A program made the translations under genes and the position numbers. 64,000 nucleotides of DNA from Escherichia coli (GTDB lineage Bacteria > Pseudomonadota > Gammaproteobacteria > Enterobacterales > Enterobacteriaceae). The notes under the pieces are model-generated. The model was not told where the DNA came from. It ran no database searches and was given only the letters and a program-made list of their open reading frames with translations. Of the stretch, positions 20,504 to 31,517 are shown piece after piece (position 1 is the first letter of the stretch; each line of letters opens with the position of its first letter). The stretch lies in the NCBI RefSeq assembly GCF_044324785.1, contig NZ_CP172127.1. One strand, given 5' to 3'.

Positions 20504-21781
20504 ATGAAAACCAAAGTTGCTGCTATTTATGGCAAGCGGGATGTCCGTCTGCGCGAATTTGAACTGCCAGAAATTACCGATAATGAACTGTTAGTGAGTG
20601 TGATTTCTGACAGCGTCTGTTTATCGACCTGGAAAGCGGCGTTACTCGGTAGTGAACATAAACGCGTACCCGACGATTTAGAAAATCATCCGGTCATTAC
20701 CGGGCATGAATGTGCCGGGGTTATTGTTGAAGTGGGTAAAAATCTCGCTGGCAAATATAAAAAAGGCCAGCGTTTTGTATTGCAACCGGCGATGGGGTTA
20801 CCAAGCGGATATTCAGCGGGCTACAGCTACGAATATTTTGGCGGTAACGCCACCTATATGATTATTCCCGAAATCGCCATTAATTTGGGCTGCGTATTAC
20901 CGTATCACGGCTCTTATTTTGCTGCGGCGTCGCTGGCAGAGCCTATGTGCTGCATTATTGGCGCTTATCATGCCAATTATCACACCACGCAATATGTTTA
21001 TGAGCATCGCATGGGCGTTAAACCTGGCGGCAATATTGCGCTGCTGGCATGTGCTGGTCCGATGGGCATTGGCGCTATCGATTACGCCATTAACGGCGGC
21101 ATACAACCGTCGCGAGTGGTGGTGGTCGATATCGACGACAAACGCCTGGCGCAGGTAGAGAAGCTGCTGCCGGTGGAACTGGCGGCCAGTAAAGGCATTG
21201 AGCTGGTGTATGTGAATACCAAAGGGATGAGCGATCCGGTCCAGACGCTGCGGGCGCTGACGGATGATGCCGGATTTGATGACGTATTTGTCTATGCAGC
21301 GGTGCCTTCAGTCGTCGAGATGGCTGATGAATTACTGGCGGAAGATGGCTGCCTGAACTTCTTTGCCGGGCCGACGGATAAAAACTTCAAAGTGCCGTTT
21401 AATTTCTACAACGTCCATTACAACAGCACGCATGTCGTCGGTACGTCCGGCGGTTCAACGGACGACATGAAAGAGGCGATTGCGCTTAGCGCCACAGGGC
21501 AGTTGCAGCCGTCGTTTATGGTGACCCATATCGGTGGGCTGGATGCGGTGCCTGATACCGTGCTCAATCTGCCGGATATCCCCGGCGGTAAAAAACTCAT
21601 TTATAACGGCGTCACCATGCCGCTCACTGCCATTGCCGATTTTGCCGAAAAAGGCAAAACCGATCCGCTGTTTAAAGAGCTGGCGCGGCTGGTTGAGGAA
21701 ACGCACGGCATCTGGAATGAGCAGGCCGAGAAATATCTGCTGGCGCAATTTGGCGTTGATATCGGGGAGGCCGCACAATGA
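20504..21781 (+). CDS. yggP: zinc-type alcohol/polyol dehydrogenase family protein YggP
   Basis: 425-aa ORF MKTKVAAIYGKRDVRLREFELPEI... Confidence 0.88.
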   Translation: MKTKVAAIYGKRDVRLREFELPEITDNELLVSVISDSVCLSTWKAALLGSEHKRVPDDLENHPVITGHECAGVIVEVGKNLAGKYKKGQRFVLQPAMGLPSGYSAGYSYEYFGGNATYMIIPEIAINLGCVLPYHGSYFAAASLAEPMCCIIGAYHANYHTTQYVYEHRMGVKPGGNIALLACAGPMGIGAIDYAINGGIQPSRVVVVDIDDKRLAQVEKLLPVELAASKGIELVYVNTKGMSDPVQTLRALTDDAGFDDVFVYAAVPSVVEMADELLAEDGCLNFFAGPTDKNFKVPFNFYNVHYNSTHVVGTSGGSTDDMKEAIALSATGQLQPSFMVTHIGGLDAVPDTVLNLPDIPGGKKLIYNGVTMPLTAIADFAEKGKTDPLFKELARLVEETHGIWNEQAEKYLLAQFGVDIGEAAQ

Positions 21782-22743
21782 TGTCCCTGGCGTGGCCATT
21801 ATTTCGCGTTACGGAACAGGCAGCGTTGGCTGCCTGGCCGCAAACCGGATGTGGCGACAAAAATAAAATTGATGGCCTGGCGGTCACCGCGATGCGCCAG
21901 GCATTAAACGACGTCGCTTTTCGTGGGCGAGTGGTTATCGGCGAGGGAGAGATTGACCATGCGCCGATGCTGTGGATTGGCGAAGAGGTGGGCAAAGGCG
22001 ATGGGCCAGAAGTCGATATCGCGGTTGACCCGATTGAAGGTACGCGGATGGTGGCGATGGGGCAGAGCAATGCGCTGGCGGTCATGGCTTTCGCCCCTCG
22101 AGATAGCCTGTTACACGCGCCCGATATGTATATGAAAAAACTGGTTGTTAATCGGCTGGCGGCGGGCGCGATTGATCTGTCCATGCCTCTGGCGGACAAC
22201 TTGCGCAACGTGGCGAAAGCGTTAGGCAAACCGCTGGACAAGCTGCGTATGGTTACGCTGGATAAACCGCGCCTGAGTGCCGCAATTGAGGAAGCAACAC
22301 AGCTGGGCGTGAAGGTTTTTGCCCTGCCGGATGGCGATGTCGCCGCCAGCGTGCTGACCTGCTGGCAGGATAATCCTTACGATGTGATGTACACCATCGG
22401 CGGTGCGCCAGAAGGCGTGATTTCTGCCTGTGCCGTTAAAGCATTAGGCGGGGATATGCAGGCCGAGCTGATTGACTTTTGTCAGGCTAAAGGGGATTAC
22501 ACGGAAAATCGGCAGATTGCAGAGCAGGAGCGCAAGCGTTGCAAGGAAATGGGCGTTGACGTTAACCGTGTGTACTCGCTCGATGAACTGGTGAGGGGGA
22601 ACGATATCCTCTTTAGCGCTACGGGCGTGACGGGCGGCGAGCTAGTGAACGGTATCCAACAGACGGCGAATGGGGTGCGGACGCAGACATTACTGATCGG
22701 CGGCGCGGACCAAACGTGTAATATAATAGACTCCCTGCATTGA
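21778..22743 (+). CDS. yggF: class II fructose-1,6-bisphosphatase (GlpX family)
   Basis: 321-aa ORF MMSLAWPLFRVTEQAALAAWPQTGCGDKNKIDGLAVTAM...; ATGA overlap with yggP stop. Confidence 0.92.
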   Translation: MMSLAWPLFRVTEQAALAAWPQTGCGDKNKIDGLAVTAMRQALNDVAFRGRVVIGEGEIDHAPMLWIGEEVGKGDGPEVDIAVDPIEGTRMVAMGQSNALAVMAFAPRDSLLHAPDMYMKKLVVNRLAAGAIDLSMPLADNLRNVAKALGKPLDKLRMVTLDKPRLSAAIEEATQLGVKVFALPDGDVAASVLTCWQDNPYDVMYTIGGAPEGVISACAVKALGGDMQAELIDFCQAKGDYTENRQIAEQERKRCKEMGVDVNRVYSLDELVRGNDILFSATGVTGGELVNGIQQTANGVRTQTLLIGGADQTCNIIDSLH

Positions 22744-22764
22744 TGGTGATCTATCGGAAGACCA

Positions 22765-23274
22765 ATGGCGACGCTGACAGAAGATGATGTGCTTGAGCAA
22801 CTGGATGCACAGGACAATTTATTTTCATTTATGAAAACTGCGCATTCTATTTTGCTCCAGGGGATACGCCAGTTTCTGCCGTCGCTGTTTGTCGATAATG
22901 ATGAAGAGATCGTCGAATATGCAGTGAAGCCGTTACTCGCCCAAAGCGGCCCGCTTGACGATATTGATGTTGCACTGCGTTTGATTTACGCGCTGGGGAA
23001 AATGGATAAATGGTTGTACGCCGATATCACGCATTTTTCCCAGTTTTGGCATTACCTGAACGAACAGGATGAAACGCCCGGATTTGCCGATGATATAACC
23101 TGGGATTTTATCAGCAACGTCAATAGCATAATCCGCAATGCGAGTCTCTATGACGCGTTGAAAGCGATGAAATTCGCCGATTTCGCCGTCTGGTCAGAGG
23201 CGCGTTTTAGCGGGATGGTCAAAACGGCGCTGACGCTGGCAGTAACGACCACCTTAAAGGAATTAACGCCGTGA
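22765..23274 (+). CDS. yggD: MtlR-like protein YggD (also named FumE)
   Basis: 169-aa ORF MATLTEDDVLEQLDAQDNLFSFMKTAHSILLQ... Confidence 0.88.
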   Translation: MATLTEDDVLEQLDAQDNLFSFMKTAHSILLQGIRQFLPSLFVDNDEEIVEYAVKPLLAQSGPLDDIDVALRLIYALGKMDKWLYADITHFSQFWHYLNEQDETPGFADDITWDFISNVNSIIRNASLYDALKAMKFADFAVWSEARFSGMVKTALTLAVTTTLKELTP

Positions 23275-23984
23275 AAATCGAACTGACGGTGAATGGACTA
23301 AAGGTACAGGCGCAGTACTCTGATGATGAAATTGAAAATGTACATAAACCGCTACTGCGTATGCTGGCGGCCTTACAGACGGTAAATCCGCAGCGGCGTA
23401 CGGTGGTTTTTCTTTGCGCTCCGCCGGGGACGGGTAAATCTACCCTAACCACCTTCTGGGAATATCTCGCGCAACAAGACCCGGAACTACCCGCTATTCA
23501 GACACTCCCGATGGATGGTTTTCACCATTACAATAGCTGGCTGGATGCGCATCAATTGCGCCCCTTCAAAGGCGCACCAGAGACATTTGACGTTGCGAAA
23601 CTGGCGGAAAATCTGCGCCAGGTCGTGGAAGGGGATTGTACGTGGCCGCAGTACGATCGACAAAAGCATGATCCTGTTGAAGATGCGTTGCACGTTACCG
23701 CACCACTCGTCATCGTCGAAGGAAACTGGCTATTACTGGATGATGAAAAGTGGCAGGAGTTGGCATCTTTCTGCGATTTTTCTATTTTTATTCATGCACC
23801 TGCTCAAATTCTGCGGGAGCGCTTGATTAGTCGTAAAATTGCGGGAGGATTATCGCGGCAAGAAGCCGAAGCTTTTTATGCCCGAACCGATGGTCCCAAT
23901 GTCGAGCGTGTGCTGGTGAATAGTCGTCAGGCCAATCTGATATTAGAGATGACCGAAGAAGGCAGATATCACTTCAAAAGCTGA
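23271..23984 (+). CDS. yggC: P-loop kinase-like protein YggC
   Basis: 237-aa ORF with Walker A PPGTGKST; overlaps yggD stop. Confidence 0.88.
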   Translation: MKIELTVNGLKVQAQYSDDEIENVHKPLLRMLAALQTVNPQRRTVVFLCAPPGTGKSTLTTFWEYLAQQDPELPAIQTLPMDGFHHYNSWLDAHQLRPFKGAPETFDVAKLAENLRQVVEGDCTWPQYDRQKHDPVEDALHVTAPLVIVEGNWLLLDDEKWQELASFCDFSIFIHAPAQILRERLISRKIAGGLSRQEAEAFYARTDGPNVERVLVNSRQANLILEMTEEGRYHFKS

Positions 23985-24131
23985 CAATTTATTCCAGTTA
24001 TTGCAGGGGTATTATCACGCCAGCCTGGAATAAAGCCCCCTACAAAAGGGGATAAAAGTGTGACGTAAGTCAGATAAATGTCTTCTTCGGCTGGACAATC
24101 ATTCCTTTTATTCCACGTTTCGCTTATCCTA

Positions 24132-24148
24132 GCTGAAGCGTTTCAGTC
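24132..24148. promoter_or_regulatory. candidate Cra (FruR) operator upstream of epd
   Basis: gctgaagcgtttcagtc is a near-palindrome resembling the Cra half-sites GCTGAA / TTCAGC, about 120 nt upstream of epd. Confidence 0.5.
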
Positions 24149-24268
24149 GATTAAATGTTCGACAATTAACCAATCAGTCGCAGTTTGCGACAGGTAAGGT
24201 TTCCCCGGACGATTTGCTGGATTACTCTGTCTGGCAAATTTGCTCAGGGAAAACCTTGCAGGAGATCT

Positions 24269-25288
24269 ATGACCGTACGCGTAGCGATAAATGGCTTCGG
24301 TCGCATCGGGCGTAATGTGGTTCGTGCTTTGTATGAATCCGGACGCCGGGCGGAAATTACCGTGGTGGCAATCAACGAACTGGCGGATGCTGCGGGCATG
24401 GCGCATTTGTTGAAATATGACACCAGCCATGGCCGTTTTGCATGGGAAGTACGACAGGAACGCGATCAACTTTTTGTTGGTGATGACGCCATCCGCGTAT
24501 TGCATGAACGTTCACTGCAATCGCTCCCCTGGCGTGAACTTGGCGTTGATGTAGTCCTCGACTGCACCGGCGTATATGGCTCCCGCGAGCATGGCGAAGC
24601 GCATATTGCCGCCGGGGCTAAAAAAGTGCTCTTTTCACATCCTGGCAGTAACGATCTCGACGCGACCGTTGTTTATGGCGTCAATCAGGATCAACTTCGT
24701 GCGGAACACCGCATCGTTTCTAACGCTTCCTGTACCACGAATTGCATAATTCCCGTCATCAAATTGTTAGATGATGCGTACGGTATTGAGTCTGGCACTG
24801 TGACCACAATTCACTCCGCCATGCATGATCAACAGGTTATTGATGCATACCATCCTGACCTGCGTCGCACTCGGGCAGCCAGTCAGTCGATCATTCCGGT
24901 CGATACTAAACTGGCCGCCGGTATCACACGATTTTTTCCGCAATTTAACGATCGCTTTGAAGCGATTGCGGTACGTGTGCCAACCATAAATGTGACGGCA
25001 ATCGATTTAAGCGTGACGGTGAAGAAACCTGTAAAAGCCAATGAAGTCAACCTGTTGCTGCAAAAAGCAGCACAAGGTGCATTTCATGGTATAGTTGACT
25101 ATACGGAATTGCCGTTGGTCTCTGTAGATTTTAACCACGATCCGCACAGTGCCATTGTCGATGGCACCCAAACCCGGGTCAGTGGCGCACACCTGATCAA
25201 AACGTTGGTCTGGTGCGATAACGAATGGGGCTTTGCTAACCGAATGCTCGACACGACGTTAGCTATGGCTACTGTTGCTTTCAGGTAA
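24269..25288 (+). CDS. epd: erythrose-4-phosphate dehydrogenase
   Basis: Start at [21 protein letters not shown] (339 aa). Confidence 0.95.
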
Positions 25289-25337
25289 GACGCAAGCAGC
25301 GTCTGCAAAACTTTTAGAATCAACGAGAGGATTCACC

Positions 25338-26501
25338 ATGTCTGTAATTAAGATGACCGATCTGGATCTTGCTGGGAAACGTGTATTTATCCGTGCGGAT
25401 CTGAACGTACCAGTAAAAGACGGGAAAGTAACCAGCGACGCGCGTATCCGTGCTTCTCTGCCGACCATCGAACTGGCCCTGAAACAAGGCGCAAAAGTGA
25501 TGGTAACTTCCCACCTGGGTCGTCCTACCGAAGGCGAGTACAACGAAGAATTCTCTCTGCTGCCGGTTGTTAACTACCTGAAAGACAAACTGTCTAACCC
25601 GGTTCGTTTGGTTAAAGATTACCTCGACGGCGTTGACGTTGCTGAAGGTGAACTGGTTGTTCTGGAAAACGTTCGCTTCAACAAAGGCGAGAAGAAAGAC
25701 GACGAAACTCTGTCCAAAAAATACGCTGCACTGTGTGACGTGTTCGTAATGGACGCATTCGGTACTGCTCACCGCGCGCAGGCTTCTACTCACGGTATCG
25801 GTAAATTTGCTGATGTTGCGTGCGCAGGCCCGCTGCTGGCAGCTGAACTGGACGCGCTGGGTAAAGCACTGAAAGAACCTGCTCGCCCGATGGTGGCTAT
25901 CGTTGGTGGTTCTAAAGTATCTACCAAACTGACCGTTCTGGACTCCCTGTCTAAAATCGCTGACCAGCTGATTGTTGGTGGTGGTATTGCTAACACCTTT
26001 ATCGCGGCACAAGGCCACGATGTGGGTAAATCCCTGTACGAAGCTGATCTGGTTGACGAAGCAAAACGTCTGCTGACCACCTGCAACATCCCGGTTCCGT
26101 CTGATGTTCGTGTAGCAACTGAGTTCTCTGAAACTGCACCGGCTACCCTGAAATCTGTTAACGATGTGAAAGCTGACGAGCAGATCCTGGATATCGGTGA
26201 TGCTTCCGCTCAGGAACTGGCTGAAATCCTGAAGAATGCGAAAACCATTCTGTGGAACGGTCCGGTTGGCGTGTTCGAATTCCCGAACTTCCGCAAAGGT
26301 ACTGAAATCGTGGCTAACGCTATCGCAGACAGCGAAGCGTTCTCCATCGCTGGCGGCGGCGACACTCTGGCAGCAATCGACCTGTTCGGCATTGCTGACA
26401 AAATCTCCTACATCTCCACTGGCGGCGGCGCATTCCTCGAATTCGTGGAAGGTAAAGTACTGCCTGCAGTAGCGATGCTCGAAGAGCGCGCTAAGAAGTA
26501 A
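25338..26501 (+). CDS. pgk: phosphoglycerate kinase
   Basis: Start at [26 protein letters not shown] (387 aa). Confidence 0.97.
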
Positions 26502-26511
26502 AAAATCACAG

Positions 26512-26545
26512 GGCAGGGAAACCTGCCCTTGTTTCAGCGCGCTTT
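26512..26545 (+). terminator. hairpin between pgk and fbaA (partial terminator/attenuator)
   Basis: agggcagg-gaaa-cctgccct followed by tgtttc. Confidence 0.5.
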
Positions 26546-26715
26546 TAGAGCACGCAATTTTTCATACTCTAAATAATTCGAGTTGCAGGAAGGCGACAAG
26601 AGAGTGAATCCCCAGGAGCTTACATAAGTAAGTGACTGGGGTGAGCGAACGCAGACGCAGCACATGCAACTTGAAGTATGACGAGTATAAGGCCCGACGA
26701 TACAGGACAAGAGAC

Positions 26716-27795
26716 ATGTCTAAGATTTTTGATTTCGTAAAACCTGGCGTAATCACTGGTGATGACGTACAGAAAGTTTTCCAGGTAGCAAAAGAAAACA
26801 ACTTCGCACTGCCAGCAGTAAACTGCGTCGGTACTGACTCCATCAACGCCGTGCTGGAAACCGCTGCTAAAGTTAAAGCGCCGGTTATCGTTCAGTTCTC
26901 CAACGGTGGTGCTTCCTTTATCGCTGGTAAAGGCGTGAAATCTGACGTTCCGCAGGGTGCTGCTATCCTGGGCGCGATCTCTGGTGCGCATCACGTTCAC
27001 CAGATGGCTGAACATTATGGTGTTCCGGTTATCCTGCACACCGACCACTGCGCGAAGAAACTGCTGCCGTGGATCGACGGTCTGCTGGACGCGGGTGAAA
27101 AACACTTCGCAGCTACCGGCAAGCCGCTGTTCTCTTCTCACATGATCGACCTGTCAGAAGAATCTCTGCAAGAGAACATCGAAATCTGCTCTAAATACCT
27201 GGAGCGCATGTCCAAAATCGGCATGACTCTGGAAATCGAACTGGGTTGCACCGGTGGTGAAGAAGACGGCGTAGACAACAGCCACATGGACGCTTCTGCA
27301 CTGTACACCCAGCCGGAAGACGTTGATTACGCATACACCGAGCTGAGCAAAATCAGCCCGCGTTTCACCATCGCTGCGTCCTTCGGTAACGTACACGGTG
27401 TTTACAAGCCGGGTAACGTGGTTCTGACTCCGACCATCCTGCGTGATTCTCAGGAATATGTTTCTAAGAAACACAACCTGCCGCACAACAGCCTGAACTT
27501 CGTATTCCACGGTGGTTCCGGTTCTACTGCTCAGGAAATCAAAGACTCCGTAAGCTACGGCGTAGTGAAAATGAACATCGATACCGATACCCAATGGGCA
27601 ACCTGGGAAGGCGTTCTGAACTACTACAAAGAAAACGAAGCTTACTTGCAAGGCCAGCTGGGCAACCCGAAAGGCGAAGATCAGCCGAACAAGAAATACT
27701 ACGATCCGCGCGTATGGCTGCGTGCCGGTCAGACTTCGATGATCGCTCGTCTGGAAAAAGCATTCCAGGAACTGAACGCGATCGACGTTCTGTAA
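26716..27795 (+). CDS. fbaA: class II fructose-bisphosphate aldolase
   Basis: Start at MSKIFDFVKPGVITGDDVQKVFQVAKENNFALPAVN (359 aa). Confidence 0.97.
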   Translation: MSKIFDFVKPGVITGDDVQKVFQVAKENNFALPAVNCVGTDSINAVLETAAKVKAPVIVQFSNGGASFIAGKGVKSDVPQGAAILGAISGAHHVHQMAEHYGVPVILHTDHCAKKLLPWIDGLLDAGEKHFAATGKPLFSSHMIDLSEESLQENIEICSKYLERMSKIGMTLEIELGCTGGEEDGVDNSHMDASALYTQPEDVDYAYTELSKISPRFTIAASFGNVHGVYKPGNVVLTPTILRDSQEYVSKKHNLPHNSLNFVFHGGSGSTAQEIKDSVSYGVVKMNIDTDTQWATWEGVLNYYKENEAYLQGQLGNPKGEDQPNKKYYDPRVWLRAGQTSMIARLEKAFQELNAIDVL

Positions 27796-27820
27796 GTCAT
27801 TCCTTTCTGCTTATCTCAAG

Positions 27821-27843
27821 GCCCGCTCTGCGGGTCTTTTTTT
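27821..27843 (+). terminator. fbaA intrinsic terminator
   Basis: cccgc-tct-gcggg followed by tcttttttt. Confidence 0.8.
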
Positions 27844-27985
27844 CGCCAAAAGCAAGGTGATACAGATGAGAAATCTGTGATCTATTTGGCAAAATTATGC
27901 TTTATTGTTTACCCTTGTCAGACTGCCCGTCATAAGGCGGCGGAGTGTATTTCTCCATTTTGAGTCAGTTGAAAAGGAATATTGA

Positions 27986-28846
<861 letters not shown>

Positions 28847-28854
28847 TCAACGCT

Positions 28855-28889
28855 GAGGCCAGATAATACTCTCTGGCCTCTCTCTTATT
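28855..28889 (+). terminator. mscS intrinsic terminator
   Basis: gaggccaga-taatactc-tctggcctc followed by tctcttatt. Confidence 0.7.
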
Positions 28890-28984
28890 AGTTATTCTGA
28901 TTGCCAATTAATATTATCAATTTCCGCTAATAACAATCCCGCGATATAGTCTCTGCATCAGATACTTAATTCGGAATATCCAAC

Positions 28985-29620
28985 GTGTTTTCTTATTACT
29001 TTCAAGGTCTTGCTCTTGGCGCAGCTATGATCCTACCGCTCGGTCCACAAAATGCTTTTGTGATGAATCAGGGCATTCGTCGTCAGTACCACATTATGAT
29101 TGCCTTACTTTGCGCTATCAGCGATTTGGTCCTGATTTGCGCCGGGATTTTTGGTGGCAGCGCGTTATTGATGCAGTCGCCGTGGTTGCTGGCGCTGGTC
29201 ACCTGGGGCGGCGTAACCTTCTTGCTGTGGTATGGTTTTGGCGCTTTTAAAACAGCGATGAGCAGTAATATTGAGTTAGCCAGTGCCGAAGTCATGAAGC
29301 AAGGCAGATGGAAAATTATCGCCACCATGTTGGCAGTGACCTGGCTGAATCCGCATGTTTACCTGGATACTTTTGTTGTACTGGGCAGCCTTGGCGGGCA
29401 ACTTGATGTGGAACCAAAACGTTGGTTTGCACTCGGGACAATTAGCGCCTCTTTCCTGTGGTTCTTTGGTCTGGCTCTTCTCGCAGCCTGGCTGGCACCG
29501 CGTCTGCGCACGGCAAAAGCACAGCGCATTATCAATCTGGTTGTGGGATGTGTTATGTGGTTTATTGCCTTGCAGCTGGCGAGAGACGGTATTGCTCATG
29601 CACAGGCCTTGTTCAGTTAG
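28985..29620 (+). CDS. argO: arginine exporter (LysE family)
   Basis: 211-aa ORF from GTG: [30 protein letters not shown]... Confidence 0.92.
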   Translation: MFSYYFQGLALGAAMILPLGPQNAFVMNQGIRRQYHIMIALLCAISDLVLICAGIFGGSALLMQSPWLLALVTWGGVTFLLWYGFGAFKTAMSSNIELASAEVMKQGRWKIIATMLAVTWLNPHVYLDTFVVLGSLGGQLDVEPKRWFALGTISASFLWFFGLALLAAWLAPRLRTAKAQRIINLVVGCVMWFIALQLARDGIAHAQALFS

Positions 29621-29712
29621 GCGCTATCTGATGGAAAAATAAAACAGAGGCGCTAAGCTTGCCTCCAGAGGTCCTGAATTTTAGGCAAGTCAATTAACAC
29701 GGAGAGACTAAC

Positions 29713-30453
29713 GTGAAGTTCAAAGTTATCGCCCTGGCGGCATTAATGGGTATTAGCGGGATGGCAGCGCAGGCTAACGAATTGCCGGATGGACCGCATA
29801 TTGTCACCTCCGGTACGGCAAGCGTGGATGCGGTGCCAGACATTGCCACTCTTGCGATTGAAGTCAACGTGGCCGCGAAGGATGCCGCTACTGCTAAGAA
29901 ACAGGCTGATGAGCGCGTCGCACAATACATTTCCTTCCTTGAACTCAATCAGATCGCGAAAAAAGATATCAGCTCAGCGAACTTACGCACCCAGCCAGAT
30001 TATGATTATCAGGATGGTAAAAGTATCCTGAAAGGCTACCGCGCTGTGAGAACGGTGGAAGTCACGCTCCGTCAGTTAGACAAACTGAATTCCTTGCTGG
30101 ATGGCGCGCTGAAGGCGGGTCTTAACGAAATTCGTTCTGTGTCGCTGGGCGTGGCGCAGCCGGATGCCTATAAAGACAAAGCGCGTAAGGCTGCGATTGA
30201 TAACGCGATTCATCAGGCGCAGGAACTGGCGAACGGCTTTCATCGTAAACTGGGGCCGGTATATAGCGTGCGCTACCATGTTTCCAACTATCAGCCCAGC
30301 CCAATGGTGCGGATGATGAAAGCCGATGCCGCGCCGGTGTCCGCCCAGGAAACTTACGAGCAGGCCGCTATTCAGTTTGATGATCAGGTCGATGTGGTCT
30401 TCCAGTTAGAACCTGTGGATCAACAACCCGCTAAAACACCTGCAGCACAATAA
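29713..30453 (+). CDS. yggE: periplasmic oxidative-stress defence protein YggE
   Basis: 246-aa ORF from GTG: MKFKVIALAALMGISGMAAQA with signal peptide. Confidence 0.9.
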   Translation: MKFKVIALAALMGISGMAAQANELPDGPHIVTSGTASVDAVPDIATLAIEVNVAAKDAATAKKQADERVAQYISFLELNQIAKKDISSANLRTQPDYDYQDGKSILKGYRAVRTVEVTLRQLDKLNSLLDGALKAGLNEIRSVSLGVAQPDAYKDKARKAAIDNAIHQAQELANGFHRKLGPVYSVRYHVSNYQPSPMVRMMKADAAPVSAQETYEQAAIQFDDQVDVVFQLEPVDQQPAKTPAAQ

Positions 30454-30460
30454 TACTTGT

Positions 30461-30482
30461 AGCCCGACGTATTCGTCGGGCT
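30461..30482 (+). terminator. hairpin after yggE
   Basis: agcccgacg-tatt-cgtcgggct 9-bp stem; weak U-tract. Confidence 0.45.
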
Positions 30483-30620
30483 AATGCCTTTACCCGATAT
30501 TGCCTCCTTTTTCTGTAATTTTCTGTAAAACCATGACGTAATCACCTATCTTTGCTCGCGGTTTCATCAAGGATAGGCTGACTGAAACGGTTAAGCGGAC
30601 AAGGATGCGGGGGAGGGGGG

Positions 30621-31517
30621 ATGGACATTTTTATTTCGAAAAAGATGCGCAATTTCATTTTATTAGCGCAAACCAATAATATTGCCCGGGCGGCAGAAAA
30701 AATCCATATGACGGCTTCGCCATTTGGTAAAAGCATTGCCGCGCTGGAAGAACAAATTGGCTATACGCTATTTACCCGCAAAGATAATAATATCAGCCTC
30801 AATAAAGCCGGACAGGAACTGTATCAAAAACTGTTCCCGGTTTATCAACGACTTTCTGCGATTGATAATGAAATCCATAACTCAGGGCGTCGTTCACGAG
30901 AAATTGTGATTGGCATAGATAATACTTATCCGACCATTATTTTTGATCAGTTGATTAGTCTCGGAGATAAGTATGAAGGCGTGACCGCCCAGCCAGTTGA
31001 GTTCAGCGAAAACGGCGTTATCGATAATCTTTTTGACCGCCAGTTAGATTTTATTATCTCCCCACAGCATGTATCTGCACGAGTTCAGGAACTGGAAAAC
31101 CTGACTATCAGTGAACTACCGCCGCTGCGATTGGGCTTTCTCGTTTCTCGCCGTTATGAAGAGCGACAAGAGCAAGAGCTGCTTCAGGAGCTGCCCTGGC
31201 TACAAATGCGCTTTCAGAACCGGGCCAACTTCGAAGCAATGATTGATGCGAATATGCGACCTTGTGGGATCAATCCAACCATTATTTATCGTCCCTACAG
31301 TTTTATGGCCAAAATAAGCGCCGTGGAGCGCGGACATTTTCTGACGGTGATCCCGCATTTTGCCTGGCGACTGGTGAATCCGGCAACGCTGAAATATTTT
31401 GATGCACCGCACAGGCCGATGTATATGCAGGAATATCTTTATTCAATCAGAAATCATCGTTATACCGCCACGATGCTTCAGCATATTGCTGAAGATCGTG
31501 ACGGGACGAGTCATTAA
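30621..31517 (+). CDS. ygfI: LysR-family transcriptional regulator YgfI
   Basis: 298-aa ORF with N-terminal HTH (NNIARAAEKIHMTASPFGKSIAALE). Confidence 0.88.
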   Translation: MDIFISKKMRNFILLAQTNNIARAAEKIHMTASPFGKSIAALEEQIGYTLFTRKDNNISLNKAGQELYQKLFPVYQRLSAIDNEIHNSGRRSREIVIGIDNTYPTIIFDQLISLGDKYEGVTAQPVEFSENGVIDNLFDRQLDFIISPQHVSARVQELENLTISELPPLRLGFLVSRRYEERQEQELLQELPWLQMRFQNRANFEAMIDANMRPCGINPTIIYRPYSFMAKISAVERGHFLTVIPHFAWRLVNPATLKYFDAPHRPMYMQEYLYSIRNHRYTATMLQHIAEDRDGTSH

